A stretch of DNA of 64,000 bases from Terriglobia bacterium (GTDB taxonomy: Bacteria > Acidobacteriota > Terriglobia > Acidiferrales > UBA7541), in contig OY968796.1 in NCBI GenBank assembly GCA_963695545.1, forward strand, positions 1,280,001-1,344,000, read 5' to 3'. Shown here piece by piece: positions 1-9,979 of the stretch. The position numbers and the translations under genes are program-made. The notes under the pieces were generated by a model. That model saw nothing but the letters and a program-made list of their open reading frames with translations, ran no database searches and was not told where the DNA came from. The stretch's first letter is position 1. Each line of letters opens with the position of its first letter.

Positions 1-566
1 TGGATCACCTCGATTTGCTGCCATCGGAGAAGAATCTGGTCGGGGCCGCGATTGAGCTCGTCTCGGCCGAATACAGAGAATTCCGCCTCAAGAACATTAC
101 GGATCCGCTGAAGGCCAGCTATGACTTCATTATTGTCGACTGCCCGCCGGCGCTCGACCTGCTGACATTGAACTGCCTCGTGGCCAGCGATTCGGTGCTG
201 GTGCCGATCCAGTGCGAATACTACGCGCTCGAGGGCGTTTCGGAACTCCTGGATTCTCTGATGCGCATTCGCAAGACGCTGAACCCGCAGCTCGCAATCG
301 AGGGGTTCTTGCCGACGATGTACGATGACCGCACGACGCTTTCGCGACAGGTCGCATCAGACCTGCGCAGCTTCTTCGGCACGCAGGTATTCGAGACCGT
401 AATTCCAAGGAACGTGCGCCTAGCCGAGGCACCCAGTCATGGCAAGCCAATCATCTTCTACGACATGAGTAGTAAGGGCGCTGAAGCATACATTCAACTC
501 GCCAAGGAGGTACTCGCAAATGCCCAGAAACGCCTTGGGCAAGGGGCTGGGAGCTCTCATTCGTGA
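1..566 (+). CDS. parA: ParA/Soj chromosome partitioning ATPase (5' truncated by window edge)
   Basis: DFIIVDCPP Walker B region, PIQCEYYALEG and IPRNVRLAEAPSHG motifs; overlaps parB. Confidence 0.95.
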   Translation, partial: DHLDLLPSEKNLVGAAIELVSAEYREFRLKNITDPLKASYDFIIVDCPPALDLLTLNCLVASDSVLVPIQCEYYALEGVSELLDSLMRIRKTLNPQLAIEGFLPTMYDDRTTLSRQVASDLRSFFGTQVFETVIPRNVRLAEAPSHGKPIIFYDMSSKGAEAYIQLAKEVLANAQKRLGQGAGSSHS

Positions 567-1428
567 GCCGGAGCCGGTAGGCGCGTCCGCCACACCCGCG
601 GCAGTGGCCGCGGCCGCAGCGGCGCCGGCGCTCGCGCCGGCTGGCCCGTCCGGCGCGCAGATGGTGGATATCGATCTGATCGAGCCGAGTCCGTATCAGC
701 CGCGCACGCGCTTCCGTGAGGAAGCACTGGAAGAGCTGGCTCGCTCGATCTCCACTAACGGAATCATTCAGCCGCTCGTGCTCCGCGCGATTGGCTCGCG
801 CTTTCAACTAATCGCCGGAGAGCGACGGTGGCGCGCAGCGCAGCGCGCCGGCCTGCGCCGAGTGCCGAGCATTTTGCGCGACGTGCCGGAAGAACTCGCG
901 CTCGAAATCACACTCGTCGAAAACATTCAGCGCGAAGACTTAAATCCGATCGAGCAGGCGCGGGCATTTGAGCGGCTAATGACGGAGTTTCACCTGACCC
1001 AGGAAGACGTGGCTGTGCGCACCGGCAAGGATCGGGCGACGGTCGCGAATTCCCTGCGCCTGCTGAAGCTTGAAAAGTCCGTTCTTGAAGCGATCGAGGA
1101 CGGCAAGATTTCTGCTGGCCACGGTCGCGCGCTGCTCGGCGTGGCAGATCCGAAGGTGCGCGCTGCTCTGGCGGCGCGAGCCTCGCGCGGCGGTCTGACT
1201 GTGCGCCAGATCGAGCGAATCGGCTCGCGGCGCGCTCGCAAAATCGAACGCACGGAGGAAGCTCCGGCCGCCGATCCGAACGTGCGAGCGGCCATCGAGG
1301 AATTGCAGCGCCATTTGGGCACTCGGGTCACACTACGGCCGCCCAGCAACAAGTTTCCAGGACAACTGCGGATCGAGTATTACGAAGACACGCAGCTCTC
1401 GGGAATTTATGAGAAGCTCATGAAATAA
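520..1428 (+). CDS. parB: ParB/Spo0J partition protein
   Basis: RNALGKGLGALI N-terminus, PYQPR, IAGERRWRA arginine patch, ENIQREDL. Confidence 0.96.
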   Translation: MPRNALGKGLGALIREPEPVGASATPAAVAAAAAAPALAPAGPSGAQMVDIDLIEPSPYQPRTRFREEALEELARSISTNGIIQPLVLRAIGSRFQLIAGERRWRAAQRAGLRRVPSILRDVPEELALEITLVENIQREDLNPIEQARAFERLMTEFHLTQEDVAVRTGKDRATVANSLRLLKLEKSVLEAIEDGKISAGHGRALLGVADPKVRAALAARASRGGLTVRQIERIGSRRARKIERTEEAPAADPNVRAAIEELQRHLGTRVTLRPPSNKFPGQLRIEYYEDTQLSGIYEKLMK

Positions 1429-1558
1429 CTATGGATGTAGTAGTTTAATCTTTGGCGCGGCCGCGCATCGCGCGTCTTGCCGACGGGCTGCGACGCGGTG
1501 CAAAATGGGACTCTTTGAACGGAGCAACGCGCTGAGCGCAATCTTGTCGAGGTGAATC

Positions 1559-1990
1559 GTGAGCTGGCCATTTTCTAAGCGAGACTCCGGCGAAGTGTCG
1601 GGCGATTGGACCGGCTTTCTCGACAAGGGCGTCCATCTCGAGGGCACGTTAGAACTGCCCGGAACATTTCGCCTCGACGCTTCCGTCAAGGGCAACATCC
1701 TCTCGAACCACAGCCTCATCCTAGGCGAAGGCGCGCGTGTGGAAGGCCAAATCGAAGGAAATCACATCGCGATTTCCGGCCATTTCGATGGCGTGATTTT
1801 CGCGAAGGGCCGAGTCGAGATTCTTGCCAAGGGCGTAGTCACCGGCGAAATTCACTCCCCGTGCCTCGTGATTGAGGCGGGCGGAATCTTTGACGGCAAA
1901 TGCCACATGCTGGCTGCGTCCGAGGCCGCGGGGCCGATCACCATTCCGATTCGATCCGTGCGCGGTCGCGGCACGGCGAAATCCTCTTAG
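1559..1990 (+). CDS. Bactofilin (polymer-forming cytoskeletal protein)
   Basis: Repeating V/I-x-G-x-I beta-helix pattern ending in LVIEAGGIFDGKCHM. Confidence 0.88.
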   Translation: MSWPFSKRDSGEVSGDWTGFLDKGVHLEGTLELPGTFRLDASVKGNILSNHSLILGEGARVEGQIEGNHIAISGHFDGVIFAKGRVEILAKGVVTGEIHSPCLVIEAGGIFDGKCHMLAASEAAGPITIPIRSVRGRGTAKSS

Positions 1991-2073
1991 ACCTTCATGT
2001 TTTGCAATCGTGACGCACGCCTGCGGTAGCCTCAGCATGTCTGCGCGCATCTAACATTTTTCAATCCCGCCTC

Positions 2074-3291
2074 ATGGACACAATCACACACGGAATCGTC
2101 GGAGCGCTGATCGGGAAAGCATTTTTCGCGGGGCGCGACGAACCAGCGGTGAACGGGCAGTCCGCGCGAAGCGATCGCGGGGCGCGCGTCGCTATCGTGG
2201 CGACCACGCTCGGCGCGATCTTTCCCGATATCGATACGTTCGCCGGCCCGCTCGCGCACAATCCTTTCGCGATCATGGAGTGGCACCGCAACATCACGCA
2301 TTCACTCGTGATGTTGCCGGTGTGGGCGATTTTGTTGGCGCTTCTGACGCGAATTCTCGTGCGCTGGCGAGATTGGGAATCGCCATCGTGGCCCCGCCTG
2401 TTCGTGATCTACGCGGTCGGACTTGCGAGCCACATTTTTCTCGATGTCATCACATCGTTCGGAACGATGGTTTGGAGTCCGGTGCGCTACACGCGCGTGG
2501 CGTGGGACTGGATGTTCATCCTGGATTTCACGCTGGTCGCGCTCGCGCTCGTGCCGCAACTCGTGGCTTGGTCCCTGCGGAGGCCCGCTCGTCAGAAGCT
2601 GCGCGCGGTCTGCATATGGATTGCGTGCACCGCCGCCGCGTTCGGAATTTACGCCCTGGCTTCAGCCGCCGGCTATCCTTTCGGTCGCTGGGTGGTGGGT
2701 CTGGCAAGCGGCCTCGTGGCGCTGGCGGTCGGCATGGCGGCGATTGAAGGCTGGGGATTTAGGGTGCGGCGCTCGACCTGGTGCCGCGTGGGAGTCCTGC
2801 TGGTTGCGGCATACATCGCGCTCGCGGGATTTGCACATCATGCGGCGCTTGCGCGCACCGAATCATTTGCGGAGGCGCGGCATCTGCGTGTCGAGAGTCT
2901 TGGCGCGCTGCCGTCGCCGCCTTCGGTCGCAACGTGGGAAGGTTTGGTGCGCACGCCCGATGGGGTATATCGCCTGCCGATGGATTTGCGCCACGCGGCG
3001 ACGCCGGCAGCAGTCTATTACGCGGACACAGCGAGCAGCCGAACGATCCGCGACGCGGACGACCTGCGCCCGGTGCAAGTCTACTTATGGTTTGCGCGAT
3101 TTCCGTGGTTCCGCTGGAGCGAGCACGATGGCCAGCGCGTGCTCGACATTTCCGATCTGCAATTTCTGCGCATCACCGAGGGTCCGGCGAATGCGACGAT
3201 CCGCCCGGGTGCCGCGAACTTCACAATGGAAGTGACCTTCGATCGATCGGGGCACGCGGTGTCTGCGGATTGGGCGCAGCCGGAAAAATGA
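2074..3291 (+). CDS. Membrane-bound metal-dependent hydrolase (YdjM/DUF457-like)
   Basis: MDTITH, PDID, HRNITHSL and SHIFLD motifs with TM segments. Confidence 0.85.
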   Translation: MDTITHGIVGALIGKAFFAGRDEPAVNGQSARSDRGARVAIVATTLGAIFPDIDTFAGPLAHNPFAIMEWHRNITHSLVMLPVWAILLALLTRILVRWRDWESPSWPRLFVIYAVGLASHIFLDVITSFGTMVWSPVRYTRVAWDWMFILDFTLVALALVPQLVAWSLRRPARQKLRAVCIWIACTAAAFGIYALASAAGYPFGRWVVGLASGLVALAVGMAAIEGWGFRVRRSTWCRVGVLLVAAYIALAGFAHHAALARTESFAEARHLRVESLGALPSPPSVATWEGLVRTPDGVYRLPMDLRHAATPAAVYYADTASSRTIRDADDLRPVQVYLWFARFPWFRWSEHDGQRVLDISDLQFLRITEGPANATIRPGAANFTMEVTFDRSGHAVSADWAQPEK

Positions 3292-3355
3292 CGCCGGCTG
3301 CATTTCTAAATTTTACGGGATTCGCGGCGCGCGCCGAACTTCGGTGTAGATACGT

Positions 3356-3904
3356 TCAGCGGGCCGCGGCCGGATAGACGACAACCTGGCGCTCTTCGCC
3401 GTCGCCTTCGCTCGCTGTGCGCACTCCGGCTTCCTCTTGCAGCGCCAAATGCACGATGCGGCGTTCGCGCGCGGACATCGGATTGAAGCGGAACGGCGCC
3501 TTGGTTTCGCGCACGCGTTCGGCGGCCACCTGCGCCGAAAGGCGCAGCTCCTCGATGCGCATGCCGCGATAGCCGCCCGAATCGAAGCGCACGCGGTCAA
3601 AAAGCTGGGGATCGAGGCGAATCCATCGCAATGCGATATATTCAAGCGACTTCAGCAACTCGGCATTGTGCTCGAGCAAAAGTTCCTGATCCGCGCCGCT
3701 GAAATCGACGCTCACTTCCGGGTGCTCGTAGCCCGGGGCGCTCGCGGCGTCAGGCTCCTGGCGAATTTTGTACGAGACATCGAGGCGCGCCTTGGGCAGC
3801 AATGCATCAAGACACCGAGCGAGAGCCGCCGAGACTTGCTCGCGATCAATGTGCCCTTCGCGGACCAGTGGCGAAGCGGCCGGTTGTGATTTTGGCTGGG
3901 GCAT
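3356..3904 (-). CDS. jag: Jag/EloR (KhpB)-like RNA-binding protein with R3H domain
   Basis: NPMSARERRIVHLAL and SEGDGEERQVVV R3H motifs; downstream of yidC. Confidence 0.85.
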   Translation of the reverse strand: MPQPKSQPAASPLVREGHIDREQVSAALARCLDALLPKARLDVSYKIRQEPDAASAPGYEHPEVSVDFSGADQELLLEHNAELLKSLEYIALRWIRLDPQLFDRVRFDSGGYRGMRIEELRLSAQVAAERVRETKAPFRFNPMSARERRIVHLALQEEAGVRTASEGDGEERQVVVYPAAAR

Positions 3905-3931
3905 CGGCGATCGAAGTTTCTTGAACGTTTC

Positions 3932-5680
3932 CTAGTTCTTCTTGGGGCCGCGTCCCCGTCCGGCTTTCGGGGGCGGCGGCATGGTGCGGTTCAAGTAATA
4001 CTGCTGCGCCATTCCCACAAGGTTGCTGGTCACAATATATAACGCGAGACCGCTCGGATAAAAAATAAAGAAGACCGCGAACATCACGGGCATCAACGCC
4101 ATCATGCGCTGCTGCGCCGGGTCCACCTGCGGCGTGGGCGTCATCTTCTGCATCAGGTACGCGGTGACGCCGTAGAGCGCCGGCAAAATGTAGTGCGGGT
4201 CGGGCGCGGAGAGGTCGTGCAGCAAATAAAAATGCCAAAGCATCCACGGGGCATGTCGCAAATCGATGGTGTACGCCAGCATGCGGTAGAACGCGAACCA
4301 GATGGGAAATTGAATCAGCATCGGCCAGCAGGAACCCAGCGGATTGATTCCCTCGCGTGAATACAGCGCCATCATTTCTTCGTTCATCTTCTGCTTGCGC
4401 GGATCGCGCATGCCGAACTTCTTGTATTTTTCCTGGATGGCTTTGATCTCAGGCGAAACGCGCTGCATTTTCTGCGCCGAGCGCATGCCCTTGGCCTTCA
4501 GCGGATACAGCAACATGTTGATGAAGATCGTGAGCACCACGATCGCCCAGCCCCAGTCCGGCACATAGTCGTGCACCCAGCGCAGCGCATAGAACAGCGG
4601 TTCGGAAAGAACCGTGAACCATCCAAAATTCAAGATGTCGTTGAGCGGCGGCCGAATGGCTTTGAGCGCGTCGAGACTCTTGGGACCTACGTAAATTCGC
4701 ACGGAGAGCGGACCGTTCCCGGTCGTACCCGCCGCCATTTCCGGGGTCAGTTGAGTTGTAACCTTGTCGCCATCCTGGATTTCCTGACTCGAGGCCCAAT
4801 CGGTCAGCGTCAGGTCCGGCGTGACAGCGCCCGCGGAGCTCTCCGGCGACAAGAACGCCGCGGCAAAATATTGGTCTTCGATGCCGGCGAACTCGAACGG
4901 GCCAGTCAATGTCGTGCGCACGGTAGGTTGTTTCGGCTGGCCCAAATTCTTCGCGGCGAGCGCCGTGAGCTTGGTGGCCTGGCTGTAGAAAACTTGCACG
5001 CCTTGCACACCGCGCCGATAGCCGTGCACGGTGGGGTCGCCGAAGCCGCCGCGCCAGGCGAGGCCGGCAGGCAGCGGCTGTCCATCCTTGCGCACGGTGA
5101 CGTCGGCCTCGACGATGTAATCGTTGCCGAATTTCAGATGCTTGGTCACTTCGAGATGGCCGTCGCTCCACACCATCTCAAGTTCGGCCGGCGCCTCGAT
5201 CACGCCGGGAGCTGCGGCGCCGGCAACATTGATTTCGTAAAATCCGGAATTGGCCGCGGCTTCGAGTTGCGGATCGCTCAACGCGACCGAGAATGGCCAC
5301 GCGTCTTCTTGCCGGGCGATATCGGTGTGAACCAAATCGAGGGGTTGCGGGGGTTGGGCGTCGTTGGTGTATTTGCGAAGTTGCCAGCTTCGAACCACCC
5401 CGCCGCGATTCCAAATCTCCACGCGATAGAGCGGGCTTTCGACGACCACGCTGTGTTCGCTCGCCGCGGCCCGCACCGCGACGACGGCGGGCGCCGCGTT
5501 GACCACCGGAGTATTGGATGTCTGCGTCTGCGGCGCGGCGGTTGTGGTCGCGCTCGCGGGCGCTTGCTGACCGGGCGGAGGCTGCGGTGGCGCTTTATAG
5601 AGATACGACGAGGCGAGAATGACGATCAGCGAAAGCGCTGCGGCCAGCACTACGCGAGTCTGGTCTGAGGTTTCCTTCAC
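3932..5680 (-). CDS. yidC: Membrane protein insertase YidC
   Basis: WGWAIVVLT, GINPLGSCWPMLIQFP and PSGLALY motifs; canonical gene order. Confidence 0.96.
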   Translation of the reverse strand: MKETSDQTRVVLAAALSLIVILASSYLYKAPPQPPPGQQAPASATTTAAPQTQTSNTPVVNAAPAVVAVRAAASEHSVVVESPLYRVEIWNRGGVVRSWQLRKYTNDAQPPQPLDLVHTDIARQEDAWPFSVALSDPQLEAAANSGFYEINVAGAAAPGVIEAPAELEMVWSDGHLEVTKHLKFGNDYIVEADVTVRKDGQPLPAGLAWRGGFGDPTVHGYRRGVQGVQVFYSQATKLTALAAKNLGQPKQPTVRTTLTGPFEFAGIEDQYFAAAFLSPESSAGAVTPDLTLTDWASSQEIQDGDKVTTQLTPEMAAGTTGNGPLSVRIYVGPKSLDALKAIRPPLNDILNFGWFTVLSEPLFYALRWVHDYVPDWGWAIVVLTIFINMLLYPLKAKGMRSAQKMQRVSPEIKAIQEKYKKFGMRDPRKQKMNEEMMALYSREGINPLGSCWPMLIQFPIWFAFYRMLAYTIDLRHAPWMLWHFYLLHDLSAPDPHYILPALYGVTAYLMQKMTPTPQVDPAQQRMMALMPVMFAVFFIFYPSGLALYIVTSNLVGMAQQYYLNRTMPPPPKAGRGRGPKKN

Positions 5681-5931
5681 GACCGCGCCCCACTCGCGCG
5701 CGAGACGCGATGCGATTCAGTTTCGTCCAGGCGCTCGGGAACGGGATCGAAGCCGCCGGGCCCAAATGGATGGCAGCGCCCGAGCCGGCGCAACGCCAGC
5801 CACGCGCCGCGGCGCGCTCCGTGCACGCGGATGGCTTCCGCGGCGTAGCGCGAACAAGTAGGATGAAATTTACAGGGCGAAACCATCAGCGGCGAGAGCA
5901 CGCCCTGATACGCGCCGATCACGCCCAGCAA
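5677..5931 (-). CDS. yidD: Membrane protein insertion efficiency factor YidD
   Basis: CKFHPTCSRYA and RCHPFGPGGFDPVP motifs; TTG start chosen because GGAAGG lies just upstream (start uncertain). Confidence 0.88.
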   Translation of the reverse strand: MLGVIGAYQGVLSPLMVSPCKFHPTCSRYAAEAIRVHGARRGAWLALRRLGRCHPFGPGGFDPVPERLDETESHRVSRASGARS

Positions 5932-5957
5932 AATTCGCGCCTTCCAATCCGGGCGAG

Positions 5958-6428
5958 CTAGTGCGGCGTCGCGCGGGGCCGCGCCGGCGGCGGATTCCGC
6001 AGCGGGCTCCGCAGCACGCCCTGCACCAGATTCCGCAACTCCGCTTCGAGCGGCGTGAACGGCGCTTCGGCCACCGAGCGTCGCGGATGAATCACGATGT
6101 CCCATCCCGTCGGATACTCCGATCGATTGCGCCGCAGAATTTCGCGAATGCGGCGCCGTATGCGGTTGCGTACCACCGCGCTCCCCAGCGCTTTTTTCAC
6201 GCTGATGCCGAAACGGCTGCGCGAGAGACTATTCGCGCGATAGAAAATTGCGAACTGCGGACTGGAACGCCTCTGGCCGCCGCGATACACGGCCTCAAAA
6301 TCCGAGCGGCGCAGCAGGCGCGCGTCCCGGGGAAAACCGAGTCCGCCGCCGGCCGAAGCGCCTTGCTCAGATGGGCGTAAGTTTATGGCGTCCCTTCTTG
6401 CGGCGCGCCGCCAGCACCTTGCGTCCAC
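5958..6428 (-). CDS. rnpA: Ribonuclease P protein component
   Basis: [25 protein letters not shown] (RNR motif); start uncertain, the only canonical start lies inside rpmH. Confidence 0.92.
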   Translation of the reverse strand: MDARCWRRAARRDAINLRPSEQGASAGGGLGFPRDARLLRRSDFEAVYRGGQRRSSPQFAIFYRANSLSRSRFGISVKKALGSAVVRNRIRRRIREILRRNRSEYPTGWDIVIHPRRSVAEAPFTPLEAELRNLVQGVLRSPLRNPPPARPRATPH

Positions 6429-6507
6429 CGACCGTTTTCATGCGCGTACGAAATCCGTGCGTTTTGTGACGGCGGCGCACTTTGGGTTGAAAGGTGCGTT
6501 TCGGCAA
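6367..6507 (-). CDS. rpmH: 50S ribosomal protein L34 (not in ORF track)
   Basis: Manual translation from [57 protein letters not shown]-like sequence upstream. Confidence 0.95.
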   Translation of the reverse strand: MPKRTFQPKVRRRHKTHGFRTRMKTVGGRKVLAARRKKGRHKLTPI

Positions 6508-6735
6508 GAAGGCCCCCTCGGTCCGCCTCGGCGGACCAAATCAAAACCATCAGTCTATGCGACCACGCTCGGGCGGTCAACTTAAGCGCCCGCGCGCAGC
6601 TCTTCTATTTAAGACGGATGGCCTTGTCGAATATTTCGATCAGCGAGGAATCGGGCCTCGCTCGGAGGCAGCCGGCGCGCGTCGCGGCAAGTTCCGGTAC
6701 CGCGACACCGAGCCGCTCGAACCGATCAATTGAAT

Positions 6736-7035
6736 CTAGTGCTGATTCTTGTCCGGATGACCATTCCCATGATCCGGCTGAGCATGGCGGTAGTTCCAAT
6801 ACGCCTTCTGATCGTCTGGTTTCAGTTTGTTGTATGGCACATACGCCCGATTGTTGGTAGAAAGCCAGCCGCGGTAATACACGTCTTCGCCGTTGTTCCA
6901 ATAATGATAGTCGCCGTAGTAGGGGTCGTAGACGCTGTAGCCCACGCGCGCGGCGCAGCCCGTGGTAGTCAAAACTGGAGCCGTGATCGTCGAGGCCAGA
7001 AAGATTAATCCGAGAATTCGTTTTGCACGGGTCAT
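6736..7035 (-). CDS. Hypothetical small lipoprotein
   Basis: GGAG SD, signal peptide ending TTGC, Tyr/Trp-rich mature part. Confidence 0.65.
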   Translation of the reverse strand: MTRAKRILGLIFLASTITAPVLTTTGCAARVGYSVYDPYYGDYHYWNNGEDVYYRGWLSTNNRAYVPYNKLKPDDQKAYWNYRHAQPDHGNGHPDKNQH

Positions 7036-7210
7036 GGCGAAACTCCTCCGTCAAAAAGTGTAGCCTCGCCGCTGGGTGCGGGCCTTAAGCGCATCCATAC
7101 CTGCAATTATGATGCGAAATTCGCGCCAATCGTTTCGATGCGGCTTTGCTGTCGATCACACCACGTTTCTGCGGTTCGGCGTCGGCCTGCTACAATAAAT
7201 TCCGACCAAA

Positions 7211-8560
7211 ATGTTCGACAACCTCACCGACAAGCTCCAGCGCGTCTTCAAGAATCTGCGCGGTCAAGGCAAGCTGAGCGAAGAGCACCTCGATCAAGCG
7301 CTCACCGGCATCCGCGAAGCGCTGCTCGAAGGCGACGTCAACGTCGGCGTGGCCGACGAACTCCTCGCGCACATCCGCGAAAAATCTCTCGGCGCGGAAG
7401 TGCTGCTGCAACTTTCGCCAGACCAGCACGTCATCAAAATCGTTCGCGACGAACTGCTCACCCTGCTCGGCAAGCACGCGAAGCCGCTCTTCGCCTCGCG
7501 CCCGCCGTCGGTGTGGATGATGGTCGGCCTGCAGGGCTCGGGCAAAACCACCACCACAGGAAAACTCGCCAAATGGCTGGCCGGGCACGGTCACCGTCCG
7601 ATGGTGGTTTCAACCGACGTGTATCGCCCCGCAGCGCGCGAGCAATTGGCGCAAGTGGCGAAAGCCGTTGGCGCGCCCATCTGGCCCGGCGCAGGAACCG
7701 ATAAGCCGCTCGAAATCGTGCGCGGCGCGATTCGCGAAGCGAAGTTGTCCGCGTCCGACGTGATCCTGATCGATACAGCCGGGCGATTGCACATCGACGA
7801 AGACCTGATGGTCGAGCTGAGCAATCTCAAACGCGAGCTGACCCCGTCGGAAATCCTTTTCGTCGCCGATGCCATGACCGGCCAGGACGCTGTGCGCTCC
7901 GCGGGAGAATTCCATCGCCGGCTTGGCCTCACGGGCGTGGTGCTCACGAAACTCGATGGCGATGCGCGCGGCGGTGCGGCGCTCTCGATCGGCAAGGTCA
8001 CGGGCGCGGCGGTGAAATTCGTAGGCACGGGCGAAAAATACGACGCGCTCGACGCGTTTTATCCCGACCGCATCGTTTCGCGCGTCCTGGGCATGGGCGA
8101 CGTGCTTTCACTGATCGAGCGCGTCGAGCACTCCGTCGACGAAAAGCAAGCCGCCGAAATGGAGCGCAAGCTCCGCCGCAGCGAATTCACGCTCGAAGAT
8201 TTCCGCGATCAATTGCGCCAGGTTCGCAAGATGGGACCGCTCGAACAAGTGCTCGGAATGCTGCCCAAAGTCGGCCCTCTCGCAAATCTTCCGAAAGACA
8301 CGCAGATCGACGAATCGCGCTTGAAGCGCGTCGAGGCCGTCATCAATTCGATGACGGCGTCCGAACGCGCCGATCACGCCCTGCTCGACGGCAAGCGCCG
8401 CAAACGCATCGCGCGCGGCAGCGGCACCAGCGTGCAGGAAGTCAATCAGGTCGTGAAGCAATATCTGCAGATGCGGCAGATGGTGAAGCAATACGGCGCG
8501 TTGGCCGCTAAAGGCCGCCTGCGCGGGATGAGCGGCGGCGGAGCGAAGCCCGGCGCTTAG
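7211..8560 (+). CDS. ffh: Signal recognition particle protein Ffh
   Basis: GLQGSGKTTT, DTAGRL and TKLDGDARGG motifs plus M domain; TGcTACAAT extended -10 at 7188-7196. Confidence 0.97.
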   Translation: MFDNLTDKLQRVFKNLRGQGKLSEEHLDQALTGIREALLEGDVNVGVADELLAHIREKSLGAEVLLQLSPDQHVIKIVRDELLTLLGKHAKPLFASRPPSVWMMVGLQGSGKTTTTGKLAKWLAGHGHRPMVVSTDVYRPAAREQLAQVAKAVGAPIWPGAGTDKPLEIVRGAIREAKLSASDVILIDTAGRLHIDEDLMVELSNLKRELTPSEILFVADAMTGQDAVRSAGEFHRRLGLTGVVLTKLDGDARGGAALSIGKVTGAAVKFVGTGEKYDALDAFYPDRIVSRVLGMGDVLSLIERVEHSVDEKQAAEMERKLRRSEFTLEDFRDQLRQVRKMGPLEQVLGMLPKVGPLANLPKDTQIDESRLKRVEAVINSMTASERADHALLDGKRRKRIARGSGTSVQEVNQVVKQYLQMRQMVKQYGALAAKGRLRGMSGGGAKPGA

Positions 8561-8709
8561 CTCCGCGTCAAATCGTTGTGCAGTCTCTGCGAACGGAAAT
8601 ACGCGGCAGTTGCCGCCGCGCGCGAGCGAACCCCTAAGAGCGCGCGGCGCATCCAATCCGCGTTGCGCGACATCCAGTTTTTGACCGCCATTTTTCGGAG
8701 AGACGCTGC

Positions 8710-9294
8710 ATGAAGAGATGTCTCGCTGCGCTCGGCTTGATAGCTACGCTGGCATCGCCATCGATGGCCGCCACATCCCAATGGAACATCGATCCGGCGC
8801 ATTCGAGCGCGCAATTCTCCGTAACCCACCTCGGAATTTCAGACGTTACGGGAAATTTTACAATCGTCAGCGGCTCTGCGACGATCGATGATGACGATCT
8901 CTCGAAGTCCAGCGTCACCGCCGCGATCGACGTGAGCTCCATCGACACCGGCATCTCGATGCGCGATAACGACCTGAAGGGCGCGAATTTCTTCAATGTC
9001 GCTGCCTACCCGACCATGACCTTCCAATCCACGAAGATTTGGAAGACCGGCGACGGCACTGCGAAGATGACTGGCAATCTGACCCTGCACGGGGTCACCA
9101 AAGAAGTGACTTTCGACGTGCGGGGCCCCACGCCCGTGACCAACCAAGTTGGGCAACGCCTCAGTGCGGGAGCGATGGCCACGATCAGTCGCAAGGATTT
9201 CGGCATGAACTCTAACTCAACGGCAATCGGAGACGCAGTCGCCATCACACTCGACGTCGAATTGGTGAAGGCCGGCGCCACGCCCGGCCATTGA
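8710..9294 (+). CDS. YceI family periplasmic polyisoprenoid-binding protein
   Basis: Signal peptide, WNIDPAHS, RDNDLK and GNLTLHGVTKEV motifs. Confidence 0.92.
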   Translation: MKRCLAALGLIATLASPSMAATSQWNIDPAHSSAQFSVTHLGISDVTGNFTIVSGSATIDDDDLSKSSVTAAIDVSSIDTGISMRDNDLKGANFFNVAAYPTMTFQSTKIWKTGDGTAKMTGNLTLHGVTKEVTFDVRGPTPVTNQVGQRLSAGAMATISRKDFGMNSNSTAIGDAVAITLDVELVKAGATPGH

Positions 9295-9407
9295 TTAGGG
9301 CAGAATCCCGAATCGGATGGCGGAAGCGTGCATCGACACGCCTCCGGATAGCGCTTCGGGAAACGCGCAATTTACGCTATACTTACAGGGTTTCGGAGGA
9401 ACATCGC

Positions 9408-9647
9408 GTGCTGGCTATACGTCTGGCAAGAATCGGAAAGACCAAGAAGCCGTTTTATCGCGTTGTGGTGATCGACAAGCGGCGGCCGCGCAACGGCCGT
9501 TTTGTCGAGATCGTGGGCACCTACGATCCGCTGAAGAATCCCGCGGAGATCAAACTCGAAGTCGAGCGCATCCAGTACTGGATGGGCCTTGGCGCCCAGC
9601 CGAGCCACACCGTGCGCAGCTTCTTGCACAACCAAAAGATCGCCTGA
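9408..9647 (+). CDS. rpsP: 30S ribosomal protein S16
   Basis: GTG start after GGAGG; IRLARIG..KKPFYRVVV and GTYDP motifs. Confidence 0.96.
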   Translation: MLAIRLARIGKTKKPFYRVVVIDKRRPRNGRFVEIVGTYDPLKNPAEIKLEVERIQYWMGLGAQPSHTVRSFLHNQKIA

Positions 9648-9748
9648 AGCGTCCAACTGGCAATTGAGCAATTCGAGCTCGTCCCGCAAGCTGCGGGACT
9701 TCTGCGCGCGATATCTCCTGCTGATACCGCCACGCGAGGGAGGCCCAG

Positions 9749-9979
9749 GTGAAAGATCTCGTTGAGGCGATTGCGAAGGCTCTCGTGGATCATCCCGATC
9801 AAGTGCAAGTGCGAGCGGTTGAAGGCGAACAGGTGACCGTCCTCGAGCTGCGCGTCGATCCGACCGATCTCGGCAAAGTGATCGGCCGCCAAGGCCGCAC
9901 GGCCAAATCCATCCGCACGATTCTGGGCGCCGCCGGCATGAAAATCCGCAAGCGGCTGACGCTCGAAATCCTCGAGTAG
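9749..9979 (+). CDS. khpA: KH-domain RNA-binding protein KhpA (YlqC)
   Basis: [18 protein letters not shown] motif; lies between rpsP and rimM. Confidence 0.92.
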   Translation: MKDLVEAIAKALVDHPDQVQVRAVEGEQVTVLELRVDPTDLGKVIGRQGRTAKSIRTILGAAGMKIRKRLTLEILE

